Source of the DNA: Haliotis cracherodii
Lineage: Eukaryota
Direction: 5' to 3'
Length of the DNA: 64,000 nt
Assembly (NCBI RefSeq): GCF_022045235.1
Contig: NW_027266341.1
Span: forward strand, 51,646,001-51,710,000
A model generated the notes under the pieces. It was given only the letters and a program-made list of their open reading frames with translations, did not search any database and had not been told where the DNA came from. Each line of letters opens with the position of its first letter. Position 1 is the stretch's first letter. Shown piece after piece: positions 38,831 to 50,770 of this stretch. The position numbers and the translations under genes were made by a program.

Positions 38831-39434
38831 TATGTATCGAAATGTAGACTATAATTTGCACGCGATGGCCATGGCATTAAGTAAACAAACATGTCGCCTG
38901 ATTTACTTCGACTACTGACAGATTTTTCAATCAGCGACATGTTAGACATGGATGGAAAATTTGAATTAAAGACGTTAATTATTGCAAAAATAAACAAATA
39001 ATTGCAAGCGACAATGTAACCAATCAAATAAGAAAATAACGATGCCATGTCCACTGATTTGTGATCGAAAACTGAACTGGCGATATTCAGCTATCCTGCA
39101 GAATGTGAATCAAAATACTGGCCAAAATATTAGTATCCCTGTTATTGTCACGGTCCCGTCATGTACTTCAACATTTATGTTTAAGTTTTCCAGAGTTTCC
39201 AGGCTGGAATGTCTGGCTTATTTCAAATTGGTATCAGTTGTGTGGTTTCCAACAATTACTTTCGCAACTTTTGTTTGAACTTCGCGCAGGGCCTGATCTC
39301 AGCCATAGTTGATTCTATTTGAATGAGGAGGTAAATGATCTCGCAACGCAAAACTAGATCCTGGATCAATCAGTGTTATGTTATTGCCCGGTTATTTGGT
39401 ACCACAAGTACATATGATGTCAACAATAACGACC

Positions 39435-39695
39435 CCGTCCCCGTGAAGATCCGGGGTAGAAGAGGTCTTCAACAACCCATGCTTGCCGTAAAAAGCGACT
39501 ATGCTTGTCTTAAGGGGCGACTAACTGGATCGGGTGGTCACGCTCTCTGATTTGGTTGATGTTTGTCATCGTATCCCAATTGCGTGGATCGATGCTCATG
39601 ATGTCAATCACTGGATTATCTAGTTGATTATTTACAGACCGCCGTCATATAGCTGGAGTATTGCTGAGTGCGGCGTTAAACAAGAAACAAACAAA
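39435..39695 (+). mobile_element. Family-A short retroposon
   Basis: CCCGTGAAGATCCGGGGTAGAAGAGGTCTTCA...GCGGCGTTAAACAAGAAACAAAC. Confidence 0.9.
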
Positions 39696-39824
39696 ATGAA
39701 GACCCAAAGACATAATAATCGTGTCTTTCAAGAAGTCTGCCTGTACCATTGCGATTTCAAGAAATGGAGGTCAACGACTACGCGTTCGGTTTTAAATGAC
39801 ATTTAACTGTGTTTCCTAAACTAT

Positions 39825-40031
39825 ACCCGTGAAGATTCCGGGGTAGAATAGGTCTTCAGCAATCCATGCTTGCCGTAAAAGGTGACTATGCTTGTCGTAA
39901 AAGGCGACTAACGGGATCGGGTGGTCAGGCTCGCTGACTTGGTTGATGCATGTCCAGACTCGATTATTTACAGACCGCCGTCATATAGCTGGAATATTGC
40001 TGAGTGCGGCGTTAAACAACAAACCAACCAA
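39825..40031 (+). mobile_element. Family-A short retroposon, internally deleted
   Basis: Same 5' end and tail as other family-A copies, with TSD-like CCTAAACTAT / CCTAAAGTAT. Confidence 0.9.
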
Positions 40032-40914
40032 CCTAAAGTATGCTCCACTTCAAAATCCCCTTGATCTCCTAATCATATTGTGCTCGCCATCGATTGGTTA
40101 AAATGTATATATTTTGTCATCATACTATCTGATTACAATGAAAGTTCTGTTATATTCTATATGCGACACATGATACAATACCAGAAGGACAATGATACCA
40201 GTACAAGGGTCTTCAATGAATCAAAATTATTTCTGATTTTGATGTATCCATCATGGCGTAAAAGAGTTGCTAGCAGAAACTGATTAATTAGATTAAAATC
40301 GTCTAGATTACGGAATGTGTTTGATATCTAGACTACCATTGCATAAACAATGACTGGGACACTGTCTGTCTGTGATCCGCTTATATTCGCGAGTCAGCTT
40401 TCGCTATTGATCATGTAGATAACACCACGAAGACAAATAAGATATGTCAGCTTGCATGAATCTGCCTCCAGATACTTAAAATCGGATTTCATTTTACCCT
40501 TTTGCTACGTTTTTCCCAAGACGCCTCCCGGTGATGACGTAGGCAGGCATTAACGTGCACTGTCACACATAGAGATGCTTGGAGCCCAGTCGCCCTGTGT
40601 TAGTCGCCATGACAAAGTTGGACGTAATTCAACAAGACAGTGAAGTTTTTAATCAAATCCATTATGCCCTTGGTATTTATGTTTAGAAATGGAAACGGGA
40701 AATGAAAAAGGAATAATATTTCATTGTATTGATAAAGTGAATAAGGCAACATAAGAGGAATGGAATTCCGCAAAAAAGTCAAAGAGATTGTTTGATCAAC
40801 GTCGCGAACCAAACACTTCAAACTTATTTTGTGGGTACATCTTTCTCAAAACCAGCTTTTTTATCAACCTAATATAAAGAAATCTTTCTTTCCTCTGTCT
40901 TGGTAGTGTAGGCC

Positions 40915-42975
40915 GTCTGTCGGTTGTGGGGTTGTCTACCATTAGTCTGGGTCCTCTGTCAGTTGTGGGGTTGTCTATTTGGTAGTCTGTGTCCTCTGTC
41001 AGTTGTGGGGTTGTCTACTATTAGTCTGGGTCCTCTGTCAGTGGTGGGTTGTCTTCTTGATAGTCTTGCTCCACTGTCAGTTGTGGGGTTGTCTACTATT
41101 AGTCTGTGTCCTCTGTCAGTTGTGGGGTTGTCTACTATTAGTCTGGGTCCTCTGTCAGTTGTGGGGTTGTCTATTTGGTAGTCTGGGTCCTCTGTCAGTT
41201 GCGGGTTGTCTTCTTGGTAGTCTTGCTCCACTGTCAGTTGTGGGGTTGTCTACTATTAGTCTGAGTCCTCTGTCAGTTGTGGGTTGCCTTCTTGGTAGTA
41301 TGGGTCGCCTGTCAGTTGTGGGGTTGTCTACTATTAGTCTGGGTCCTCTGTCAGTTGTGGGTTGCTTACTTGGTAGTCTGGGTCCTCTGTCAGTTGTGGG
41401 GTTGTCTACCTTAGTCTGGGTTCTCTGTCAGTTGTGGGTTGCTTACTTGGTAGTCTGGGTCCTCTGCCAGTTGTGGGGTTGTCTACTTGGTAGTCTGGGT
41501 CCTCTGTCAGTTGTGGGGTTGTCTACTTGGTAGTCTGGGTCCTCTGTCAGTTGTGGGGTTGTTTACTTGGTAGTCTGGGTCCTCTGTCAGTTGTGGGTTG
41601 CCTTCTTGGTAGTATGGGTCGCCTGTCAGTTGAGGGGTTGTCTACTATTAGTCTGGGTCCTCTGTCAGTTGTGGGGTTCTCCACTTGGTAGTCTGGGTCC
41701 TCTGTCAGTTGTGGGGTTGTCTACCTTAGTCTGGGTTCTCTGTCAGTGGTGGGTTGCTTACTTGGTAGTCTGGGTCATCTGTCAGTTGTGGGGTTGTCTA
41801 CTTGGTAGTCTGGGTCCTCTGTCAGTTGTGGGGTTGTCTACTTGGTAGTCTGGGTCCTCTGTCAGTTGTGGGGTTGTCTACCTTAGTCTGGGTTCTCTGT
41901 CAGTTGTGGGTTGCTTACTTGGTAGTCTGGGTCCTCTGTCAGTTGTGGGGTTGTCTACTTGGTAGTCTGGGTCCTCTGTCAGTTGTGGGGTTGTCTACTT
42001 GGTAGTCTGGGTCCTCTGTCAGTTGTGGGGTTGTCTACTTGGTAGTCTGGGTCCTCTGTCAGTTGTGGGGTTGTCTACTTGGTAGTCTGGGTCCTCTGTC
42101 AGTTGTGGGGTTGTCTACTTGGTAGTCTGGGTCCTCTGTCAGTTGTGGGGTTGTCTACTTGGTAGTCTGGGTCCTATGTCAGTTGTGGGGTTGTTTACTA
42201 TTAGTCTGGGTCCTCTGTCAGTTGTGGGGTTGTCTACTTGGTAATCTGGTTCCTCTGTCAGTTGTGGGTTGTCTACCTGGTAGTCTGGGTCCTCTGTCAG
42301 TTGTGGGGTTGTCTACCTTAGTCTGGGTTCTCTGTCAGTTGTGGGTTGCTTACTTGGTAGTCTGGGTCCTCTGTCAGTTGTGGGGTTGTCTACTTGGTAG
42401 TCTGGGTCCTCTGTCAGTTGTGGGGTTGTCTACTTGGTAGTCTGGGTCCTCTGTCAATTGTGGGGTTGTCTACTTGGTAGTCTGGGTCCTCTGTCAGTTG
42501 TGGGGTTGTCTACTTGGTAGTCTGGGTCCTCTGTCAGTTGTGGGGTTGTCTACTTGGTAGTCTGGGTCCTCTGTCAGTTGTGGGGTTGTCTACTTGGTAG
42601 TCTGGGTCCTCTGTCAGTTGTAGGGTTGTCTACTATTAGTCTGGGTCCTCTGTCAGTTGTGGGGTTGTCTACTTGGTAATCTGGTTCCTCTGTCAGTTGT
42701 GGGTTGTCTACCTGGTAGTCTGGGTCCTCTGTCAGCTGTCCGATTGTATATTTGACCGTATGGGTCCTGTGTAAGTTTGTAGGGTTGTCTTGTTGATAGC
42801 ATGGGTCGTCTGTCAGTATGGGGTTGTCAGTTTGGCAGTCTGGTTTCTCGGTCAGTTCTGGGGTTGTCTTTTTGGTAATCTGGTTCCTCTGTCAGTTGTG
42901 GGGTTGTCTATTTGATAGTCTGGGCAAACTTTCTGGCTTGGGATTGTCCATTTTGGTAGTATGGTTCCCCTGGCA
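40915..42975. repeat. About 40-bp minisatellite (roughly 50 units)
   Basis: Unit TGGGTCCTCTGTCAGTTGTGGGGTTGTCTACTTGGTAGTC, with a homogeneous centre and diverged edges. Confidence 0.97.
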
Positions 42976-44046
42976 GTTCTCTCTCCGACAGGTTGATCAT
43001 TGTAACGTGCATTGTATATTCTCATTCTCTAATGGGAAGGAAAATTCATCAAAAATCGATATATTTACCTTTCTTGGTCTAGAATGAATTTGAATAATTT
43101 ACACAATGTAAGATGATGGAAGCCAGGCTGGTAATCCGTTGTACTTTCAACTAAACAGACCGTCAACAATAAAATATGGATTTGACGAGGGGCAGATTTA
43201 AATGTCTGGGAATAAGAGTACGGAATAATAACAGAGATCCTTTTAGAACTCTATGTTTACTTAGAGACATTTACCTCAGTGCAAATTTGAAGAATCAAAT
43301 GAATAAAATTATTAGCGAAATTTATCGCCGAAATAGAAGTCAGCAAGGAGTCTCATATAGACATTATATCTGTGACATATAAAGACGTCGCTGGGCTTCG
43401 GATGTAATATTTATTCTAAGATGAGCGCAGTCATATGGAAGCGTATAAGTGTCACATTCTAAAAGAAGAATCATATACGTTGATGATACTTTCATCTTCG
43501 TAGATGATACTTATATCTACGTAAATGATACTTTCGTCAAAGTAGATTATACTTACATCTAGTACCTGCATAGACGACACTTTCATCTATGTACAAAAAA
43601 CCATGCATATCGTTACTCAGACAGTAATATTTTATTATGTGAAGGCAGGACTAATTAAAGGTGATTATTTAATTACTGTAGACCTATTTAAATGTTTTGA
43701 ACCATGTCGGTCCTTTTTTTTCATTTGGCCATTTCGTATTTTTACAACATACTGATATTTCAAATTGTCAAACTGGCAGGGCTAGAATATTAACAATACA
43801 CACACATATATATATAATACATTCATTAACAAAACTTGTACCTTCAATGTTTCATATGATGTTGACGAGTATTAGTTTGATCCTATATAGTTGTTTTTTA
43901 TAGTTTGAGTGATTCTCATCATTCATATTTACCTTTCGCCTCTTAAAACGTATTTCCGTAATGAGGAATTCCTGTGATTTCTCGGACTTAAACCATGTTA
44001 TACGAGGAAGTAAGACGAGTTCTATGGATGAACAACTTCTTTATTA

Positions 44047-44096
44047 CAATTAGTGCGACGTTACGGTGTAGATCCTAACACCTTTATCAAGCAAGT
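44047..44096 (-). ncRNA. Second hammerhead copy (GAAA changed to GTAA, probably inactive)
   Basis: Minus strand reads TGCTTGATAAAGGTGTTAGGATCTACACCGTAACGTCGCA. Confidence 0.6.
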
Positions 44097-44109
44097 GATG
44101 GATAGTGTT

Positions 44110-46152
44110 TACTTACTTACTTACTTTTGAGATCTAACGTGCGCTTTCCGACTGGTGCGTATTTCGCACACGGGCCCGGCCAAGTCATTTAATGTGTTTC
44201 CGAAAGGGGCAAAAGTGGTGTGTGCAATCCAAGAGGGGGCTTTAGGGGTTGCTTATATAGAATTTGGGAATTTTTAGATTTGGAATAGATGCCGATGGGG
44301 TTGGGGAGTAGAACCAAGGGAGCTGGGTATGGTGGATGTTTGTTTGTTTATGTGATTTTGATTTGGTAGATTATAGTGTTTTAGATGCGTTTTATTAGTT
44401 CCGTTTTGATTAAGAATACGCCTAAGGCCTTGAAGTTTTCTAGTTTATTTTGTGGGTTTAGTATTGCTTCTAGAGTGAGAGCCTTGTTTAGATTGAGGGT
44501 GGTTTGTAATGCGGTTCGATGTGTTAGGTAATGTGTGCAGTGGATGAGTGCGTGTTCTGGGGTTTCTAGTTGTTTGCAGTGTGGGAAGTTACCTGTTGTG
44601 TGTTTTTTTAGTTTTTTTAGGTGGTTATTTAGGTTGGTGTGTCCTGTTTGGAGTTTAGTGATTACTCTGTCGATTTTTTTTGATGGATGGAGAATGTTTG
44701 GTTTGGTAAGTGGGTTGCTGAGTACTTTTCTGATTTGGCTATTTGAGTTTAGATATAGGTTATGCCATTTTTTGGTGATTTTTTGCTTGTTTACGCTTTT
44801 AATTTCTGATTTTGAGATGGGTAAGTTTAAGCTTATTTCTGGGATTTTGAGGGATAGTTTGGCTGCCTTATCGGCGTTTTCATTACCGTATATTCCTACG
44901 TGGGCGGATATCCACAAGAAGGTTATTTTTTTGCCTGCCTTAGTTAGGTCGTTGGAGCTTTTAAGTATTTGATTTATTAATTTAGGTCAGTTTTTGGTAT
45001 TTTTGTTTTGGAGGGCTTGCAGTCCACTTAGGGAGTCGGTAAGTATTAGGATTTTTTTGTGTTTTTTGGATTCTTGATTATGGAGGGCTGAGGCCATGCC
45101 CATTAGTTCTGCCGTGAATATTGATTGGTTGTTTGGGAGTCGGAAGGATTGTGTGGTTTTAGTTGGTTGTGTGGTATGGACTCCGCAACCTGTGTGTTTG
45201 GAGGTCGGATCTGAAGATCCGTCCGTGTAAATGTGACACCAATTTGGCCAATTTTCGTGTATGTATGCTAGTGTGGTGGTTTGGGTCGGTTTGTTTATTT
45301 ATTTGGCTAGCTAGTGTTGTGTCTATTTTGAGTTTAGGGGTGAAGATATTTGATTGTTTGCAGTATTTTTTAAGATTTTTAATTTGGTGTTCATTTAGGT
45401 AGTTTGTTATTCTTTGGGATATTGGGGTAAGTAAGAGGTGTTTACGAGCTACAGCTTGGTTTTTGGGGCTGATATTTTGGTTTATTAAGTTTTGGATGAG
45501 AGGGTTTGATTGGGACGCGGCCCAGAAATTTAAGCTTAGCTGTTCCCTGCGTAGACTTAGTGGCATTCCTCCTGTTAAGGCCTGAAGTGAAGTGTAGGAG
45601 GTGCCATGTTGGGTGCGTGTAATTGGCTTGAGAGCCTGATATTGTATTGAGTCAAGTTTTTTAGATAGAGAGTTGTTTAGGGTGTTGTATATGGCGCAGC
45701 CGTAGTCTAGTTTTGATCTAATTAGTGATATGTAGAGAGAGAGGAGGGTATCTTTGGAGGCTCCCCAGTTAGAGCCAGTTAGGAATCTTAGGGTGTTTAG
45801 GTCTTTACTGCATTTAGTTGTTAGGTTTTGTATGTGAGCATCCCAGGTGAGATGTTCATCGAAGTCCTAAGAATTTGGTTTGTTTTTGAAATGTGATTGT
45901 TTGGTCGTTGAGCTGGAGGATTGGGGAGGCGGGTTTCATGTTTTTATGTTTGAATACTATTCCTGTTGTTTTTTCTGAGTTAAGGGAGAAGCCCCATTTG
46001 TCAGCCCATTGTTGTATTTTATTAAGAGATTTTTGGAGTAAATTTTGGGCCATTTTAATGCTTTTAGTGCGGATCCAGAGGGCTCCATCATCCGCGAATT
46101 TTGATGTGTTTACTTTAGGGGATAGGCCCTCGAACAGATCGTTTATCATTAT
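44110..46152 (-). mobile_element. 5'-truncated I/Nimb-group LINE (RT + RNase H), decayed
   Basis: MINDL...KFADDGALW (RT), KFLG, RSKLDYG, RNase H motifs (DS.S, WISAHVGIYGNENADKAAK), C-terminal HC..ETPEH..HC, and a 3' tail GCACGTTAGATCTCAA(AAGT)n. Confidence 0.92.
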
Positions 46153-46319
46153 ATTGTTGTGCTAAACAACATAGGTATATATACTTATTAACATCAAAGT
46201 TTATACAGTAAATTGATTGATGGACACAGAGAGCCGATTAAGATAATTGGAAGCCAGTGGATGACTAATGAACACAGAGTCAACAAGCAGACTGATAGAG
46301 ATGATTGGAAGCCAGTGGA

Positions 46320-46690
46320 TTAATTGGACGGACATAGGGATTTAGCAATTAGGTGATGGTAAGCAGGCGGGATGTAATAGCCTTTGTCTCTGTTCATTGC
46401 AGGCTGGATCCTTTTGATGTAGATGGCTTCTAGGAGTTTCCTGATTTTGTAGTCTGATTGATTGTTGCCCAGGATCTTGGTGTTGTTCCACTGGATGTTG
46501 TGGTCGGGTTGGGCATGGGTGTGGTCGGAGATGGCTGATTTTGAGTCATTTTTTGGTACTGAGGTCTTGTGTTCTTTTATTCTAATGGGTAGGGGCCTGG
46601 ATGTTTCTCCTACATAGGAGTCACCACAGTCACATTGTATGTGATATACGGCACCAGCTGGGTCTTCTTTCTTTGGTGTAGGGGGCTTGC
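46320..46690 (-). pseudogene. Penelope GIY-YIG endonuclease domain (5'-truncated ORF end)
   Basis: Manual translation: AGAVYHIQCDCGDSYVGETSRPLPIRIKEHKTSV...SAISDH...HNIQWNNTKIL...RKLLEAIYIK...MNRDKG...*. Confidence 0.92.
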
Positions 46691-46756
46691 CATTGGTTTA
46701 CTGTATAAACTTTGATGTTAATAAGTATATATAACTATGTTGTTTAGCACTATCGA

Positions 46757-46808
46757 TCAATTGCTTGATAAAGGTGTTAGGATTTACACCGAAACGTCAC
46801 ACTAATTG
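46757..46808 (+). ncRNA. Minimal hammerhead ribozyme motif in Penelope pLTR
   Basis: TTGATAA (U3-A8 variant of CUGANGA), stem II GGTGT/ACACC, then GAAA-CG-TC. Confidence 0.7.
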
Positions 46809-46891
46809 TAATAAAGAAGTTGTTTATCCATAGAACTCGTTTTACTTCATCACACCAACTTCTAAATGCCACTGAAAGAAGTTATGTTATA

Positions 46892-48125
46892 CGAGGGCTG
46901 GTCAAAAAGTTCTAAGCCTAACAAACAAAACCAACAATTGAGAAAGTGTTTTAATATTATTTTTCAACATGATCTCCCTGTTTTTCAATACACTTCTCAT
47001 ATCGATAGTTATGCTCTTCATTTCCAGTCAGGAAGATGTTTTCTGAAGCAACACTGAAAAACCCATTCACGGCAGCTTCGAGATCATCGTTGTCGGTAAA
47101 GTGCTTTCCAAAAAGGTGTTCTTTCAGTTTAGGAAACAGATGGAAATCACTTAGTGCCAGGACTGGCGACTATTTGGGGTGAGGAAGCTCTGTGAACCCA
47201 CATTGGCGCACAGCAGCCTTTGCAAGTCGAGAGATGGGAGAAAAGGCATTGTCATGAAGGGGTAGAACTCCTGCAGTCAGTATTCCTCGCCGCTTTTCTT
47301 TAATACATGTCTCAGGTGATGAAGCAAATCAGCATAGTAGGCACCGTTAATCGACTTTTGACTTTCCAAGTAGTCAACAATGATCACACCCTTTGCATAC
47401 CAGAATACAGTGTCCATAACTTTCATTACTGATCTTGAAGACTTGAATTTCTTTGTTGCCGGAGAAGTTTAATGGTGCCATTCTATGGATTGACGTTTTG
47501 ACCCGGGATCATAGCGATGGACTCATGCTTCGGCATCCTTTCTTATTTCGTTTTGAATTTGACGAAATCCTCCTCAATGTCACTTCTTTGTTTCTTAACA
47601 TCAGAATTAAGAAACTATTGGCACTCAACGAGCAGATGTCTTACTCATCTTTAAATGTTCATGAATAATAGTTTTAATTAATCCATGGCTTATACCTGTG
47701 CCATCCTCAAGTTCATCAATGGTAATACGTCTTCCCGACAGTATACGTGTTTCTATCTCCTTGACTGAATCTTCATTGATGGAAGTTGAGGAACGTTCAG
47801 ACCTAGGATCATCATTAAGGCTTGTTTTCCCAGCCTTAAACATAGCTGCCCACCGTTTAACAGTGGAATAGCTTGGGCACTTATCCCCCTACACTTGGGA
47901 CATGCGGTCATGAATATTTTAGGGAGTAAAAAACTTGTTGACTGCTCGGTACTCGCTCTTTTCCATTTCTGTGACCATTTCGACTTCTCTCACGTTAAAC
48001 TGGCGGCGTCAACAACCCTAATACACTTGCAATGAACTCCATAGACTAGTTCACTTTGTTATGGCCCACAGTTGAAAGTTAGTCAGGATAAAGTTAGATA
48101 ACCTCAATAAGCATATGTCAAGGTA
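46892..48125 (-). mobile_element. Mariner (DD34D) transposon, decayed, one TIR visible
   Basis: TA+CGAGGGCTGGTCAAAAAGTTCT terminus. Transposase relics start at ATG 47966 (MEKSEYRAV..., FKAGKTSLNDDPRS, RRITIDEL, SPVLALSDFHLFPKLKEHL). Confidence 0.92.
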
Positions 48126-48844
48126 GAAAGTCAATTATTGATTATTAAATAAGCCAGAGGTTTATATAACTGACTCGGAACTATTGCCTGTCGCTAATTC
48201 GATGGTAGATGATACTTCGATGTAGATTATATTATCATATACGTACATGTAGATGAAAGTATTACCCACGTAGATGTGAGAAGTATGATCTACGGAGATG
48301 ATAGTATCATCTACGAAGACGAAACAAAATTCAGAATGTGGCAAGCTTTCTCTCCCATACAGTCGTATTGAATATGCTGACAGATTGGTCTCAGACCAGA
48401 AGAAACACTATGATAGAGCTGGCTGATATTGAGTTGGAAAAGTTACATGAGCTCTTGCAACCTCAAACCCTACCCGCCCTAAAGGGTTTGAAACCATGCA
48501 TATGTCAGTAGACATTTTGAAGCAAAAATACACTGTGGGGTGTCACATTATACTTCAGACATCCATTTATAATGAAATGTTAATTATCTGCGCTGTGATT
48601 TATGACCATTATATAATGATTTGCTATGTTCAGTCAGTTCACATGGCCGGGCGTTCTGGTGGCGGATGATCGCATCTACCAGGAATTAGATCAAATTCTT
48701 ATCCTTACTTAGATCAAGGAGGTCTAGGAAGACGGGGGAAAATAGATGAGATAAGAAACATCAGAACAAGCTTTTTTGGACAAATAATTGCATTCATTTG
48801 TGAGTGTTTTATCATTTCTTTTAACACAATTTACACAATAACTT

Positions 48845-49960
48845 AGAGAGAGGGTAACATGTGGAGAGAGGGTAACATGCAGAGAGTGGGTAACATGTAG
48901 AGAGGGGGTTACATGTAGAGAGTGGGTAACATGTGGAGAGAGGGTAACATGTGGAGAGGGTAACATGTGGAGAGAGGGTAACATGTCGAGAGTGGGTAAG
49001 ATGCAGAGAGTGGGTAACATGTGGAGAGGGTAACATGTGGAGAGAGGGTAACATGCAGAGAGTGGGTTACATGTAGAGAGTGGGTTACATGTAGAGAGTG
49101 GGTAACAAGTCGAGAGTGGGTAACAAGTGGAGAGAGGGTAACATGTAAAGAGTGGGTATCATGCAGAGAGTGGGTTACATGTAGAGAGAGGGTAAGATGT
49201 AGAGAGAGGGTAACATGTGGAGAGAGGGTAACATGTAGAGAGGGTAACATGTCGAGAGTGGGTAAGATGCAGAAAGTGGGTAACATGTGGAGAGAGGGTA
49301 ACATAAGGAGAGAGGGTAACATGCAGAGAGAGGGTAACATGTAAAGAGAGGGTAACATGAAGAGAGTGGGTAACATGCAGAGAGAGGGTAACATGTGGAG
49401 AGTGGGTAACATGTGTAGAGAGGGTAACATGCATAGAGTGGGTTACATGTAGAGAGTGGGTTACATGTAGAGAGTGGGTAACATGTAAAGAGTGGGTAAC
49501 ATGTGTAGAGAGGGTAACTTGCAGAGGGTGGGTTACATGTACAGAGTGGGTTACATGTAGAGAGTGGGTAACATGTGGAGGGTGGGTAACATGTGGAGAG
49601 AGGGTAACATGTGGAGAAAGGGTAACATGTAGAGAGGGGATTACATGTAGAGAGTGGGTAGCATGTGGAGAGAGGGTAACATGCAGAGAGTGGGTTACAT
49701 GTAGAGAGGGGATTACATGTAGAGAGTGGGTAGCATGTGGAAAGAGGGTAACATGCAGAGAGTGGGTAACATGTAGAGAGGGGGTAACATGTGTAGAGAG
49801 GGTAACATGTGGAGAGAGGGTATTATGCAGATAGTGGATAACATGTGGAGAGAGGGTAACATGTGGAGAGAGGGGATAACATGTAGAGAGAGGGTAACAT
49901 GTAGAGAGAGGGTAACATGTAGAGAGTGGTTAACATGCCGAGAGTTGGTAACCTGTATGG
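48845..49960. repeat. About 19-21-bp G-rich minisatellite
   Basis: Unit approximately GAGAGAGGGTAACATGTG/GAGAGTGGGTAACATGTA, more than 50 copies. Confidence 0.97.
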
Positions 49961-50696
49961 GCGAGGTACAGACCTAACTTAGAAGTTTGGGAAGATGCTG
50001 CTGTGTGACAGGGTCTGTTTGACGAGCTACAGTTCCTACTTACGCTACACGCTCTGCAGATATGTGTGGACGTTTACAGACCTTAAGCCAAGCTTCATCC
50101 AACAAATACTATGTAACCCATGGCTTCCAAGCTATGCCTGTATTGTTAAGGAGGAAAGTGTCGCAGGTGGATCTAATTAGAATACTGCAAGTGGAATACC
50201 TCACAAAAAAGGAAAGGGTACATATCAATGCCGTACTGAATAATCCTTGGGACAAGCATGAGTCCTATACAATAGGTCAATACAACAGTTATGACGCCTG
50301 TAGTGTCCAGACTGATGGTGTCGTTGAATCTCCAGATCACTTAGACAGTGTCGCCAAGGAAGATGTTGGAGCCGGGATTTTGATGTGGAGAAATTGCGCT
50401 CTAGAAATAGTTTTCAAGCCCATAAAAAAAATAATTACTTGTTCGAGGGAACTTTTTGTCAAAGGTGAGGAGATTGAAGAATATTTTTGTCTAAATTGTT
50501 TTCTTTCTGAAATGACGGTATAAATTCTTTGAAGAATGAATGATTTTTAAAATGTCTCTCAGCATTTCATACAATCGCGGAAATGGCAAACGACGAACGA
50601 CTTTGATTTTCGTATCACTTAAAGCCAGTGATGACGTTTCAACGTATTCTATACACAAAACCAAACTGTGATCATTTAAATTATTGATGGAAATGT

Positions 50697-50770
50697 ACTA
50701 GTAATAGTAGTAGTAGTGGTAGTTGTAATAGTAGTAGTAGTAGTAGTAGTAGGAGGAGGAGGAGGAGGAT
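50697..50770. repeat. Compound (TAG)n(GGA)n microsatellite
   Basis: Direct reading of the sequence. Confidence 0.95.

Larger units (their letters stand above)
44003..46855 (-). mobile_element. Penelope-like retroelement (3' part plus inverted pLTR), interrupted by a LINE
   Basis: GIY-YIG ORF end at 46320-46690. The minus-strand pLTR is split into 46158-46212 and 44003-44109, and an inverted plus-strand pLTR copy lies at 46697-46855. Confidence 0.9.
43434..48359. mobile_element. Old TAY..RTA MITE split by nested insertions (left arm about 43434-43595, right arm about 48200-48359)
   Basis: Ends TATGGAAGCGTATAAGTGTCACATTCT / AGAATGTGGCAAGCTTTCTCTCCCATA, flanks CAGTCA / CAGTCG, and degenerate about 21-bp TCTACGTAGATGATACT repeats in both arms. 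Confidence 0.65.

Noticed and set aside
40924-42440. Multiple long hydrophobic ORFs (VVWVLCQLWGCL...)
   Set aside because: They are translations of a 39-40-bp minisatellite. The unit length shifts frame and there is no coding signal.
44535-44972. 145-aa plus-strand hydrophobic ORF
   Set aside because: It is the antisense shadow of the A/C-rich LINE RNase H region.
48724-49977. Repetitive ORFs (MLPSLH / VTCRE)
   Set aside because: Artefacts of the 19-21-bp minisatellite.
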